64,000 bases of DNA, from the NCBI GenBank assembly GCA_963702005.1, contig OY969696.1, positions 1,088,001 through 1,152,000 of the forward strand. The letters run 5' to 3'. Each line of letters opens with the position of its first letter. The stretch's first letter is position 1. The DNA is from Candidatus Aminicenantes bacterium (lineage in GTDB: Bacteria > Acidobacteriota > Aminicenantia > Aminicenantales > JAFGBC01). The translations under genes were made by a program, and so were the position numbers. Under the pieces are notes generated by a model. That model ran no database searches. It worked only from the letters and a program-made list of their open reading frames with translations, and was not told the DNA's origin. Shown piece by piece: positions 18,059-27,148 of this stretch.

Positions 18059-20296
18059 ATGAACGGAACGAGCGCCAACAACAACGAGTTCGTGGACCTT
18101 CCCCCTCAGCAGGAGATCAACCTCCGCGAATACTGGGACATTCTCTGGCGGCGGCGCTGGCTGATCGGCGCCTTCGCCCTAGCCTTGATTTTCATCGTCG
18201 GCGTCTGGACGTTCACGGCCCGTCCGACCTACACGGCCAAAGGCACCCTCCTCATCGAGAAGGAGGCCAACATCCTGACCTTCGAGGAGATCTTCCAGAT
18301 CGAAAGCTTCCGCGACGATTACTACCAGACCCAGTACAAGCTCCTCCAAAGCCGGGCTCTGGCCGCGGAAACGGTGAACCGCCTCAATCTCTTCGAGAAC
18401 AAGGAGTTCGTCGGGAACGGCCGGAACGGGGCTAAATCCGGCAAGGATGATCCGGTCCTGAGGCAAAAACTCATAAACGAATTCCTGAGCCGGCTCCAGA
18501 TCAAGCCCCTCCGTCTGACGCGCCTGGTCGAGGTCTCGTTCAGCTCCCGGAGCCCCAAGCTGGCCGCCGACGGCGTCAACACGCTTTTCGACGCCTTCAT
18601 TGATATGAACGTCAACGCCAAGTACGAGGCGACCGAGCAGGCCACCGAGTTCCTGACCCAGCAGATCAACGGACTGCGGACCGAAATCGCAGCCAAGGAG
18701 CGCGAGCTCCAATCGTACGGCGCCGAGAAGAACATCATCGCCCTGAGCGACACCGAAACGACGATCGTCGACAAGCTGGGAGAGCTCAACAAAGCGCTGA
18801 CCGAAGCCCAGATCGACCGGCTCCGCAAGGAGGCGAACTACAACGAAATCCGGAACGCCTCGGCCGACTATATCCCCGAGGCCGTCAACAATCCCCTGAT
18901 CCAAAGGCTTCGCGAGGACTACGTCCGGATGAGCCGCGAGTACTCCAAGAAGTCCGAGACCTTCCGGCCCGAATACCCGGAAATGGTCCGCCTCAAGGCC
19001 GAGCTCGACAGCGCCCGCGAGCTCTTGGCCAACGAGACCAACAACTTGATCAAAGCGGCCTACTCGGAATTCCAGGGCGCGCAAAAGAGAGAGATGTCCT
19101 TGCAGAGCGTGTTCGACAACCAGAAGAAGGAGGCCCTTCAGCTGAATTCGAACGCCATCCTCTATAACGGGCTGAAAATCGAGCTCGACAACAAGAAGAG
19201 CCTCATCGAAACGCTCCTCAAACGGGAGAGCGAGACGGGAGTCTCGGCCCGCCTGCGCGGGCTGAGGACGTCCAACATCCGGATCGTGGACCGCGCCGAC
19301 AAGCCGCTCCAGCCCTCGAGCCCGAAAAAGAGGATGAATATGGTCCTGGCTCTCCTGTTCGGGCTTTTCGGGGGCGTCGGCCTGGCCCTGCTCCTCGATC
19401 ACCTGGACGATACGATCAAGGGAGCCCAGGATATCGAAAAGAACGCCCAGCTGCCCACGCTCGGGATCGTGCCTACGTTCAGCCTCGATGAAGGAAAATC
19501 CGGGTACGGGTACGGACGGAAGAAAAAAATAAAGGAAGGTCGCGGCGTTGAGGACGATCGGGGAGCGAAGGAGAAGTCCGCCGAGCCGCCGGTCAAGTCC
19601 ATCGAGCTCATCACTCACCTCGCGCCCAAGTCCAATTTTTCCGAGAGCTATCGCTCCATCCGGACGTCGCTCTTGCTCTCGGGCTCCGCGCCCGACCTGC
19701 GGGCCATAATCGTGACCTCGCCCCTGCCGTCGGAGGGCAAGACCGTGACCGTCTCCAACCTGGCCGTGACGCTGGCCCAGACCGGGAAGCGCGTCCTCGT
19801 CATCGACGCCGACCTCCGCAAGCCGCGCATGCACCGGATCTTCCGGATGAGAAACCTGACCGGCCTGACGAATTTTCTGACGACCGGGGTCGAGCTCAAG
19901 GAGCTCGTCAAGGCCACCGAGATCCCCAACCTTTATCTCATCACCTCGGGGCCGGTGCCGCCCAACCCGGCCGAGCTTCTGGGCTCGGACAAGATGTTCA
20001 AGCTCCTCGAAACCCTGAAGGGGAATTTCGCCTACATCTTGATCGATACGCCTCCCATCCTGGCCGTGACCGACGCCCTCGTCCTCGGGCCGGCCATCGA
20101 CGGCTTCGTCATCATCGTTTGGGGGGATAAGACTCCGCGTGACGCCCTTAAGCAGGCCCGAGACACCTTGGAAATGACCAAGATCAAAACCCTGGGCGTC
20201 ATCATCAACAACCTCAACGTTCACAAGCACGGGTCATATTACAAGAGCTATTACTACAAGTACCAGCATTACTACGAGGAGGGTCAGAAGTCTTGA
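18059..20296 (+). CDS. wzc: Polysaccharide co-polymerase / BY-kinase
   Basis: Two TMs with coiled-coil, ESYRSIRT, SEGKT Walker A, IDADLRKP, LIDTPP, Tyr-rich tail YYKSYYYKYQHYY. Confidence 0.93.
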   Translation: MNGTSANNNEFVDLPPQQEINLREYWDILWRRRWLIGAFALALIFIVGVWTFTARPTYTAKGTLLIEKEANILTFEEIFQIESFRDDYYQTQYKLLQSRALAAETVNRLNLFENKEFVGNGRNGAKSGKDDPVLRQKLINEFLSRLQIKPLRLTRLVEVSFSSRSPKLAADGVNTLFDAFIDMNVNAKYEATEQATEFLTQQINGLRTEIAAKERELQSYGAEKNIIALSDTETTIVDKLGELNKALTEAQIDRLRKEANYNEIRNASADYIPEAVNNPLIQRLREDYVRMSREYSKKSETFRPEYPEMVRLKAELDSARELLANETNNLIKAAYSEFQGAQKREMSLQSVFDNQKKEALQLNSNAILYNGLKIELDNKKSLIETLLKRESETGVSARLRGLRTSNIRIVDRADKPLQPSSPKKRMNMVLALLFGLFGGVGLALLLDHLDDTIKGAQDIEKNAQLPTLGIVPTFSLDEGKSGYGYGRKKKIKEGRGVEDDRGAKEKSAEPPVKSIELITHLAPKSNFSESYRSIRTSLLLSGSAPDLRAIIVTSPLPSEGKTVTVSNLAVTLAQTGKRVLVIDADLRKPRMHRIFRMRNLTGLTNFLTTGVELKELVKATEIPNLYLITSGPVPPNPAELLGSDKMFKLLETLKGNFAYILIDTPPILAVTDALVLGPAIDGFVIIVWGDKTPRDALKQARDTLEMTKIKTLGVIINNLNVHKHGSYYKSYYYKYQHYYEEGQKS

Positions 20297-21072
20297 TCGA
20301 CCTTCATACCCATCTCCTGCCGGACTGGGATGACGGGGCCGGAAGCTGGGAGGAATTCCGGGCCATGGCCGGGATCGCGCACGCCGACGGGATCGGCACG
20401 ATCGTCCTGACGCCGCACGTCTTCCGGCTCAGCAAACACGCCGACGATTTGAATGTTCTCGAGAGCCGGTTCGCCGAGGTCGCCGCGGTAGAGTCGAAAA
20501 CGGCCGTGGCTTTCCTGCGCGGGGCCGAGATCTTCCTCCATCCCGGCGTCGCCGAGACCGCGAAAACATGGAACTTGACGATCAACGCTTCGAACTATTT
20601 CTTTCTCGAATTTCCGGAGGATGCCGTTCCCCCCGGCGTTCGGGAGTTCTTTTTCGAGATCATGCTCGGCGGCTTGACGCCGATCATCAGCCATCCCGAG
20701 CGGAACGACGTCTTCCGGGAGCGGCCGGACCTGCTCTATGATCTCATCCGGACGGGCGCCCTGGCCCAGGTCACGGCTAAGAGCATCACGGGCGGATTCG
20801 GCGCGGAGACGAAGAAAACGGCGCGGCTCTTCCTGAAACACAACCTGGTTCAGGTCATCGCCTCGGACGCGCACGACCCGGAGCGCCGGCCGCCCCGGTT
20901 GGCCGCGGCGGTCGAGGAAGCGGGCGCGATCGTCGGCCGGGAGAAAGCGCTGGCCATGGTGACCGATATTCCGCGGGCCATCCTGGACAATGCTCCCATC
21001 CCGGACTGGGGCGTGCCCGAGAATCCGGCCCGGAAGAGGAAATGGACCCTTCGTCTTCCGAAATTCGCATGA
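20293..21072 (+). CDS. PHP-family protein tyrosine phosphatase (CpsB/CapC/YwqE-like)
   Basis: MIDLHTHLLP..DDGA, TPH, HPERN, ASDAH. Confidence 0.9.
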   Translation: MIDLHTHLLPDWDDGAGSWEEFRAMAGIAHADGIGTIVLTPHVFRLSKHADDLNVLESRFAEVAAVESKTAVAFLRGAEIFLHPGVAETAKTWNLTINASNYFFLEFPEDAVPPGVREFFFEIMLGGLTPIISHPERNDVFRERPDLLYDLIRTGALAQVTAKSITGGFGAETKKTARLFLKHNLVQVIASDAHDPERRPPRLAAAVEEAGAIVGREKALAMVTDIPRAILDNAPIPDWGVPENPARKRKWTLRLPKFA

Positions 21073-22508
21073 GAAAATTCGTTTTTTGGGGAGTTTGCGC
21101 CGTCGCGGCCTTCCTGCCCATTCCCTTCGGCTCCATGGAGGAATGGGCCGTATTCGCCTTCGAGGCCGCGGTCGCGCTCCTTTTCGCCGCGTTTTGGCTG
21201 GGCGTGAAGGGCGGCGAATGCGGCGGGGAGAGCGGCGCCAAGGTTCTTCCCTGTTTCCTGAAAGCGTTTCTGGCCGCGTTTTTCGTTCTATCGGCGATTT
21301 CGATCATCCCCCTTCCGGCTGCCGTCGTCGGCGCGATCTCTCCCCGGGCGGCGGCTTTAAGGTCCGGCCTGGCCTCGCTCGGCTTGGGAGCCTCCGGGGG
21401 CGGCGGCTGGATGACTCTTTCGCTGGCGCCGACGGTTTCTCTGTACACTCTGGTCCGATACGCGGCCTACGGGATGTTCGCTTTCCTGGTCTTTCGCTCC
21501 GTGAAGACGCGGAAAGAGGTCGAGATCTTCCTTTGGGTCCTGGCGGCGACGGCGGTCTTCGAGGCAACCTACGGCATCGCCCAGGTTTTCGGCGGCACGG
21601 AAAGGATTTTTTCCTACCAGAAAAAATGGGACCTCGGCTCGGTGACCGGAACCTACATCAACCGGAACCACCTGGCCGGCTTCCTGGAAATGGTCTTTCC
21701 GCTCGTCCTCGGCCTCCTGCTGGCCAAGGCGGATTTCTTCGCCATGGGCCGGCGGGCGACGTTCAAGGAGAGGATCCTGTGGTTCGGCCAGGAGAAGCTC
21801 CAGAAAACATTCATGGTCGGGTTGGTCGCGGCCGTCCTCGGCTTGGGGCTCATTTTCACCAAATCCCGTTCCGGCGTCCTCATCTTCCTCATCACGGTCT
21901 TCTTGATGATGATCGCGATCTCGGCCGCGGGGGACACCGCCAGAGGCGGTGCGGGGCGGCGCGGCCATCGACTGATCCGGATGATCGGGCTGGCCGTCGT
22001 TTTCGCGGCCGTCCTCATCGGCGTCCGTCCCGTCATCGAACGATTCACCAGGGAGAAAGTGACGTTCGAGGCGGGCCGGCCCGTCTACTTCCGGAACGCG
22101 GCGAGGATCATCCGGGACTACCCTCTGGCCGGGACGGGCTCCGGGACGTTCGTTTACGCCTACCAGAGGTACGAGGAAAAGGACAGCCGGGTCATCGTCG
22201 ATCACGCCCACAACGATTATCTGGAGATCATGGCCGAGAACGGGATTCCGGCGGGATCGGCGTTCTGGGCGTTTATGTTCGGAGTCTTCGGCCTCGGGCT
22301 TGCACGTTGGCTTAAGCGGCGGGATCCCTTCGTCAAGGGGGTCGGGCTGGGCTGCCTGGGCGGCTTGGCGGCCATCTTCATCCACAGCCTGGCCGATTTC
22401 AACCTCCAGATCACCGCGAATGGGGCCGTCTTCTGTGCCCTTGCCGCGCTACTCCTACGCGTGACGGGCCTCGAAAGCCGACGGTCCGGGAGGGATTATG
22501 TCCGCTGA
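21069..22508 (+). CDS. O-antigen ligase family (Wzy_C) membrane protein
   Basis: GTYINRNHLAG, TKSRSG, DYPLAGTGSGTF, HAHNDYLE, HSLADFNLQI. Confidence 0.85.
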   Translation: MRKFVFWGVCAVAAFLPIPFGSMEEWAVFAFEAAVALLFAAFWLGVKGGECGGESGAKVLPCFLKAFLAAFFVLSAISIIPLPAAVVGAISPRAAALRSGLASLGLGASGGGGWMTLSLAPTVSLYTLVRYAAYGMFAFLVFRSVKTRKEVEIFLWVLAATAVFEATYGIAQVFGGTERIFSYQKKWDLGSVTGTYINRNHLAGFLEMVFPLVLGLLLAKADFFAMGRRATFKERILWFGQEKLQKTFMVGLVAAVLGLGLIFTKSRSGVLIFLITVFLMMIAISAAGDTARGGAGRRGHRLIRMIGLAVVFAAVLIGVRPVIERFTREKVTFEAGRPVYFRNAARIIRDYPLAGTGSGTFVYAYQRYEEKDSRVIVDHAHNDYLEIMAENGIPAGSAFWAFMFGVFGLGLARWLKRRDPFVKGVGLGCLGGLAAIFIHSLADFNLQITANGAVFCALAALLLRVTGLESRRSGRDYVR

Positions 22509-23217
22509 GGAGGGACGAGACGTGACCGCGATGAAGAAGATCGCGGGGGTAATGCTCGCGGCGGCCGTGCTCGTCGAAGGCGGCCGCGCTTATCTCGGCC
22601 ATCGACACTATGCGCTGTATGAGCAAGCGAGGTCCGAGGCGCGGAGTATCGAAAGCGCGTTCGACGGACTCTCCGCCGAGCTCGCGGCCGCGGTCCGTTG
22701 CTTCGGGCTGCCCTCTTTTTATCAGGAGGCGGGACGCCTTTGCCTGGAGCGGGCCCTGGCCGAGAACGAGTTCGGCTCTCCCGAGAAGCGGGATGTATTC
22801 GCGGCCGGGGCGCGAGACCTCTTGGCGGAGGCGATCCGGCGCGCGCCGGCCGAATCCTCGGCCTATTTCGAGCTGGGGAAGGTCTATCTTCTCGCCAACT
22901 CTCCCTTTCTGACGTATGCCGAGAAGAGCCGGCTCTTCTTTCGGAAGGCGGTCGAGCTCAAGCCCGCCGACGAATTCATCAACCGGAACGTTCTGTTCGT
23001 TTTCTTGAGCCAATGGGAGATGCTGACGCCGGACGAACGGGCTTTCGCCCTGGACAGGTTCCGGGCCGCGACGGGGATGAGGCCTTCCGTTCTCGCCCAG
23101 CTCCGGGCTCTCTGGAAAAAGGAATACGGGAACGAGGAGGGATTGACGGCGTTGGCGAGGGCCGCCGGCGTCGAGCTGCCGGCCAAGGCGGCAAAAAAAA
23201 GGGCTCCGCCTCCCTGA
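22498..23217 (+). CDS. TPR-like helical hypothetical protein
   Basis: AIRRAP..S.AYFELG, FRKAVELKP motifs; overlaps the ligase stop. Confidence 0.6.
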   Translation: MSAEEGRDVTAMKKIAGVMLAAAVLVEGGRAYLGHRHYALYEQARSEARSIESAFDGLSAELAAAVRCFGLPSFYQEAGRLCLERALAENEFGSPEKRDVFAAGARDLLAEAIRRAPAESSAYFELGKVYLLANSPFLTYAEKSRLFFRKAVELKPADEFINRNVLFVFLSQWEMLTPDERAFALDRFRAATGMRPSVLAQLRALWKKEYGNEEGLTALARAAGVELPAKAAKKRAPPP

Positions 23218-23262
23218 AATCGATAGGAAAGAAATCCTCCGCCGATCCGTCATCGAATTTTC

Positions 23263-23291
23263 TTGACAAAGACCGTTTTTTTTAATAAAAT
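23263..23291 (+). promoter_or_regulatory. sigma70 promoter TTGACA-N17-TAAAAT
   Basis: Near-consensus boxes upstream of RBS GGAGGT and ATG 23321. Confidence 0.75.
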
Positions 23292-23320
23292 ATGTATTTA
23301 CTTGGGAAAGGGAGGTAAAC

Positions 23321-23881
23321 ATGTTAGGACATCGTGTTTTTAGGTCCCAAACCATGGCGGCTGCCGTTTTGGGCTCGTTCTTCTTAATGCTCGTTTCTTT
23401 CGGAGCGGTGCCGGCTCGAGCCCAGGCGAACGGTCAACTCACGGGATTCATTTACGCGAATGACCAGAAAACGCCCGTTGAGAACGCCATCGTCGAGTTG
23501 AGAAACATCAAGGACGGAAGCGTATTTTCGAGCACTCCGACCACGACGAGCGGCCTGTATAAGCTCACCAATCTTCCGCCGGGCCAGTATGTCATCGGAG
23601 TCAAGGCCGGGGACAGCGGATACAACTGCGAGTATGTCGTGTCCATTATGGGCGGCGAGATGGGGAAGCTGTCGCTGGCTTTGAAACCCGGAAAGACGGC
23701 CGAGATCAAACAGCCGGTTTATAAGACTCCGGCCGGGCTGGCCGAAAAGATCGCCGGCAAGAAGCCGTTCTTTTTAACGCCCGCCGGGATCGCCGTGATC
23801 GTCGTGGCCGCCGGCGGCGCCGGCTTCGGCATCTATAGCCTGGCTAAGGGCGAGGAAGAAACGTCTCCGGTCAAGAAGTAA
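23321..23881 (+). CDS. Exported carboxypeptidase regulatory-like domain protein with C-terminal membrane anchor
   Basis: Signal peptide ARA|Q, LTGFIY..D..TPVENA.VEL, SGLYKLTNLPPGQY, C-terminal hydrophobic segment then SPVKK. Confidence 0.7.
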   Translation: MLGHRVFRSQTMAAAVLGSFFLMLVSFGAVPARAQANGQLTGFIYANDQKTPVENAIVELRNIKDGSVFSSTPTTTSGLYKLTNLPPGQYVIGVKAGDSGYNCEYVVSIMGGEMGKLSLALKPGKTAEIKQPVYKTPAGLAEKIAGKKPFFLTPAGIAVIVVAAGGAGFGIYSLAKGEEETSPVKK

Positions 23882-23916
23882 CAGGCACGCTAACTTTTTC
23901 TAGTTGATGCGACTTT

Positions 23917-23944
23917 AAGGCGGGAGCGGACTCCCGCCTTTTCT
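23917..23944. terminator. Intrinsic terminator between convergent genes
   Basis: AAGGCGGGAG-CGGA-CTCCCGCCTT followed by TTCT. Confidence 0.75.
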
Positions 23945-25277
23945 ATTTGACTTTGGCGGCGCACTCGGACAGCAGCCGCGACGCGTCCCTGTAGGCGGGG
24001 TCCTGGATGATGACGGTCCGGAATTCTTCGGCGGCTTCCCTATACTTCTTGGCTCCCATGTACGCCCTTCCGAGGAGATAGCGGATCGCCATATCGATTC
24101 CGAAAATTTCCTTGGCCGAAGTTAAGAGAGCGATAGCCTTGTCATAGTCCTTATTCATCAGATAGATCTCGCCCAGCTTCTCGGTTCCCCGTTTGTCCTG
24201 GGGGTTGGACTTGAGGACTGCTTGAAGGACTTGGACCGCGTCCTTCCATTTTTTTTGCGCCGTGTAGACATCCGCTAATTCGTAGTAGATGTCTAAGTTA
24301 GAAGAATTCCGTTTGAGCGCGGCCCGATAGTACTCGACTTTTTTCTTGAAATTGGTTTCGCGGCGGGCAAGGGCCAGGGGGTCGGCGGACGCCGCCGGCG
24401 TTTCGAGCCGGGCGATACGCTCCAAGTAAAGGGCCGTGTCCTTATAGGCGGGCTCGCGGGCCTGGACCATCAGGAAATCCGCTTTGGCTTCCGCGGTTTT
24501 TTTGGCCTCCCAAAAGGCTCGTCCCCTTGTGTAGAGGAACTCGATGTCCCTCTCGAGAGTCCGGCCGATTTTCTGGAGGTATTTGAGGGCGTCCTTGGGC
24601 TTTTGCTCATCGAGTCGGATCTTGGCCATTTCGATCAGGGCCGTCGCGTCGGACGGTTGGACATCCAGCCAGTCCTCCAGGACGGACTTCGCTTCTTTTA
24701 TTTTTTTGCGGTTGAGATAGAGATAAAACAGGCTGAGACGGGCCTCCGTGTCGCGCGGATTTTTCCGGATGGCCTCCCCGAGCCTGGAGATTTCGTTCGG
24801 CTCCGAAGGGCCGGTCCGGGGCGGAGCGATGGGGACGACCGGGGCGATCGGGCCGGGCCGGGAGCGGAGCGCCGCCCGATCGAAGGCGGCCGCCATCTCC
24901 AGATAAGCGTCCTGGATGTCCTTGGGGAGAGCCAAGCTCGCGAGCTTGTCGGAGGCGTTCATCCGGACGATCTTTCCGTAGCAATCCTGGGCGGCCGCGG
25001 CCGCCCGGTTCTTATAGTATCCCGTCGAGAGGTAGATATAGCATTCCAGGAGGCGGTCCCGGTCGTCGATCAAGCCGAACGAGGCGACCTTGAGCGCTTC
25101 CACGGCCTCTTGGAACCGACCTTGGCGGTACAAGGACTTTCCATCCTCAAAAAGCTTCATGTAAAAAGGGTCGATGGCCGTCGCCTCTTGGGCTTGGCCG
25201 ATTCGATCCGTCCGGGGGAAAAGAGCCAGGGCGCCGGCGGCCCAGAAGATCAAGAGCGCGATCGCGGCTCTCTTCAT
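23943..25277 (-). CDS. Exported tetratricopeptide repeat protein
   Basis: Signal peptide, multiple TPRs (e.g. IRYLLGRAYMGAKKYREAAEEF), Pro-rich linker. Confidence 0.8.
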   Translation of the reverse strand: MKRAAIALLIFWAAGALALFPRTDRIGQAQEATAIDPFYMKLFEDGKSLYRQGRFQEAVEALKVASFGLIDDRDRLLECYIYLSTGYYKNRAAAAAQDCYGKIVRMNASDKLASLALPKDIQDAYLEMAAAFDRAALRSRPGPIAPVVPIAPPRTGPSEPNEISRLGEAIRKNPRDTEARLSLFYLYLNRKKIKEAKSVLEDWLDVQPSDATALIEMAKIRLDEQKPKDALKYLQKIGRTLERDIEFLYTRGRAFWEAKKTAEAKADFLMVQAREPAYKDTALYLERIARLETPAASADPLALARRETNFKKKVEYYRAALKRNSSNLDIYYELADVYTAQKKWKDAVQVLQAVLKSNPQDKRGTEKLGEIYLMNKDYDKAIALLTSAKEIFGIDMAIRYLLGRAYMGAKKYREAAEEFRTVIIQDPAYRDASRLLSECAAKVK

Positions 25278-25375
25278 TGTTCCCGTTGATCCCTTTACGA
25301 AAGAAAAATCATTTTATGCCCATTAGCCGGAAATATCAAGGTTCGGTAGACGGCCGGGGCCGCCGCGGGACGCGC

Positions 25376-26851
25376 TCATCGTCCCTGGAACAGGGCCCAG
25401 GGATGAGCCGGCATGTCCTTTAGATAAGGAAGCTGCCAGGCCCATTCTGAATGAGCCCCGGCGAAGGCCGCGGCGTCGAAGTCCCGTCCGCAGGGATGGC
25501 CCATCCGGGCCCAGATCTTGAATTCGCGGGCCAGGGCGGCCGAAGTCGCCTTTCCTTGGACGGCCCCTCCGGGATAGAAGGGAGCCCAGGAAAATTCGGG
25601 AAGGCCCTTGGAATCGGAGTCGCTATGGCCGCAGAGGGTATTGGCGTTGTCGGCCGGCGCGCCGGTCGCGGCGTCGATGTGGTCGCCCAGGAAGGCCATG
25701 GCTTTCGTGACGTCGATCGTTCCCTTGTTGGCCTCCATCAGGGATTTCCAGCGGGCCTTCCGGACCAGGACCGACTGGCGCGTGTTCTTGGGGTCGAAGG
25801 TCGTCTCCTCGGCGATAACCTTCTCGTCGAGCGGAAAGTTGGCGCCGATAAAATACCCGTCCTTCGTCCTCCAGACCCGCTGATTCTTAAGGCCGAGCTC
25901 GAGCCGGGCGATCTCGCCGGCGTTGAGGTCGGCGACGAGCCAGTCGTTGGCGTAGGCGCCGTTGTTGTCGGCCGTCATGATCCGGACGAAATCGTCGATC
26001 GAGGCTCCATATTGGGCGGCCCGACGGGCGCGGACGAACTCGGGGGTGCCGTCCTCCCGGAAACCCTTGTACTGGGACATGGTCGTCTCGGAGTAGAGGA
26101 GGCCGGCGCCGTTGACGACGAAATCGTCTCCGCTGTGGATGAAGCCGGGCATGGCGTCCATCAGGATGCGCCGCCCCCGCTCGGGGACGATGTCCAAGAT
26201 CGCGTTCCAGCGCTCGCCCAGGATGTATTCGGTCCAGTTGTTATGGGCGATGACCGCGCCTCCGTCTTTTGTGTAGCTGCCGACGGCGACAAAGGCGCTG
26301 CAGTAGGCGGGGGCCTTGTTGTCGCCCGCGCCCGATTTGGCCTTGGCCTCGAGATAGGGAACGTAATACCAGGCCAGTTCGATCCAGCCGTTGAGGGCGG
26401 CGATGTCGATCCGGTCGTAAGTCAGCTCGGGACAGCGGGCGCGGACGCCCTCGGCGATGCCCTCGATCTCATCCCTGTATTCGGGGTCGAGCTTGGGCCA
26501 GAACATCCGCTCGGCGGCCTCGCGGAAGAAAGCCCAGTCGTGCTTGACCGAAATCGGGAAATAAAAGGCCATCGTCTTGATGATGTCGTCGATCTCCGAG
26601 GCCAGGTACCAGCCGTGCTGGAAGCCGATTTCGCCCGGAGCGCCCTCCAGGTGAACGAAAGCCCAGCCGTCGCGGTCCTCCCGGAAGGAGCCTTTAAGGC
26701 GCGGATCGGATCCGGCGGACGCTGCGGTCGCGGCCGATGAAGGGGACGATTCCTTCTTCTCGGCGCAGGCGGCGATCAGGAATAGCGTCGCGATGAGGGC
26801 AAAAAAGGATGCGACTCGAAAGACGGGGCGGCGGCGGATAAAATCGATCAT
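25376..26851 (-). CDS. Ntn-hydrolase lipoprotein (peptidase C45 / phospholipase B-like)
   Basis: Lipobox LIAAC, GFQHG, autoproteolytic C|SAF, AHNNW, NNGAYANDW; ATG 26851 after GGAGGAG. Confidence 0.75.
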   Translation of the reverse strand: MIDFIRRRPVFRVASFFALIATLFLIAACAEKKESSPSSAATAASAGSDPRLKGSFREDRDGWAFVHLEGAPGEIGFQHGWYLASEIDDIIKTMAFYFPISVKHDWAFFREAAERMFWPKLDPEYRDEIEGIAEGVRARCPELTYDRIDIAALNGWIELAWYYVPYLEAKAKSGAGDNKAPAYCSAFVAVGSYTKDGGAVIAHNNWTEYILGERWNAILDIVPERGRRILMDAMPGFIHSGDDFVVNGAGLLYSETTMSQYKGFREDGTPEFVRARRAAQYGASIDDFVRIMTADNNGAYANDWLVADLNAGEIARLELGLKNQRVWRTKDGYFIGANFPLDEKVIAEETTFDPKNTRQSVLVRKARWKSLMEANKGTIDVTKAMAFLGDHIDAATGAPADNANTLCGHSDSDSKGLPEFSWAPFYPGGAVQGKATSAALAREFKIWARMGHPCGRDFDAAAFAGAHSEWAWQLPYLKDMPAHPWALFQGR

Positions 26852-26946
26852 GGCTCCTCCTCGACGAGGGATGGAAAGACAGTAAAACACATCCGGCGCG
26901 GCTGTCAAGGTCGAAGTCCCGCGTCCTTGCTTCGCTCGGGCACGCC

Positions 26947-27029
26947 TTGACCCGTTCGCCGACGCCACCCAGCCTTGCAGTACTCAGACTAAGCCGAAAA
27001 CGGCTTAGTCTGGGTGTCGATGATTTGAC
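26947..27029 (+). mobile_element. TTGAC-bounded hairpin element, copy 2 (83 bp)
   Basis: TTGACCCGTTCGCCGACGCCACCCAGCCTTGCAGTAC-stem(CAGACTAAGCCG AAAA CGGCTTAGTCTG)-GGTGTCGATGATTTGAC; near-identical to 60569-60651. Confidence 0.8.
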
Positions 27030-27054
27030 AAGCCGGCTCGCGCCGCGGTATTCT
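27025..27054 (+). promoter_or_regulatory. Promoter TTGACA-N18-TATTCT for beta-propeller gene 1; -35 coincides with element end
   Basis: Same architecture as the promoters of paralogs 2 and 3. Confidence 0.6.
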
Positions 27055-27148
27055 CAACCGATATTGGATGTATGGATGTTTCAGGAGCGCCTACGGCCGG
27101 AGCGCAACGCGGCCCGGGGATGAGCGAGGAGCGTTAAGGGAGGTCATC

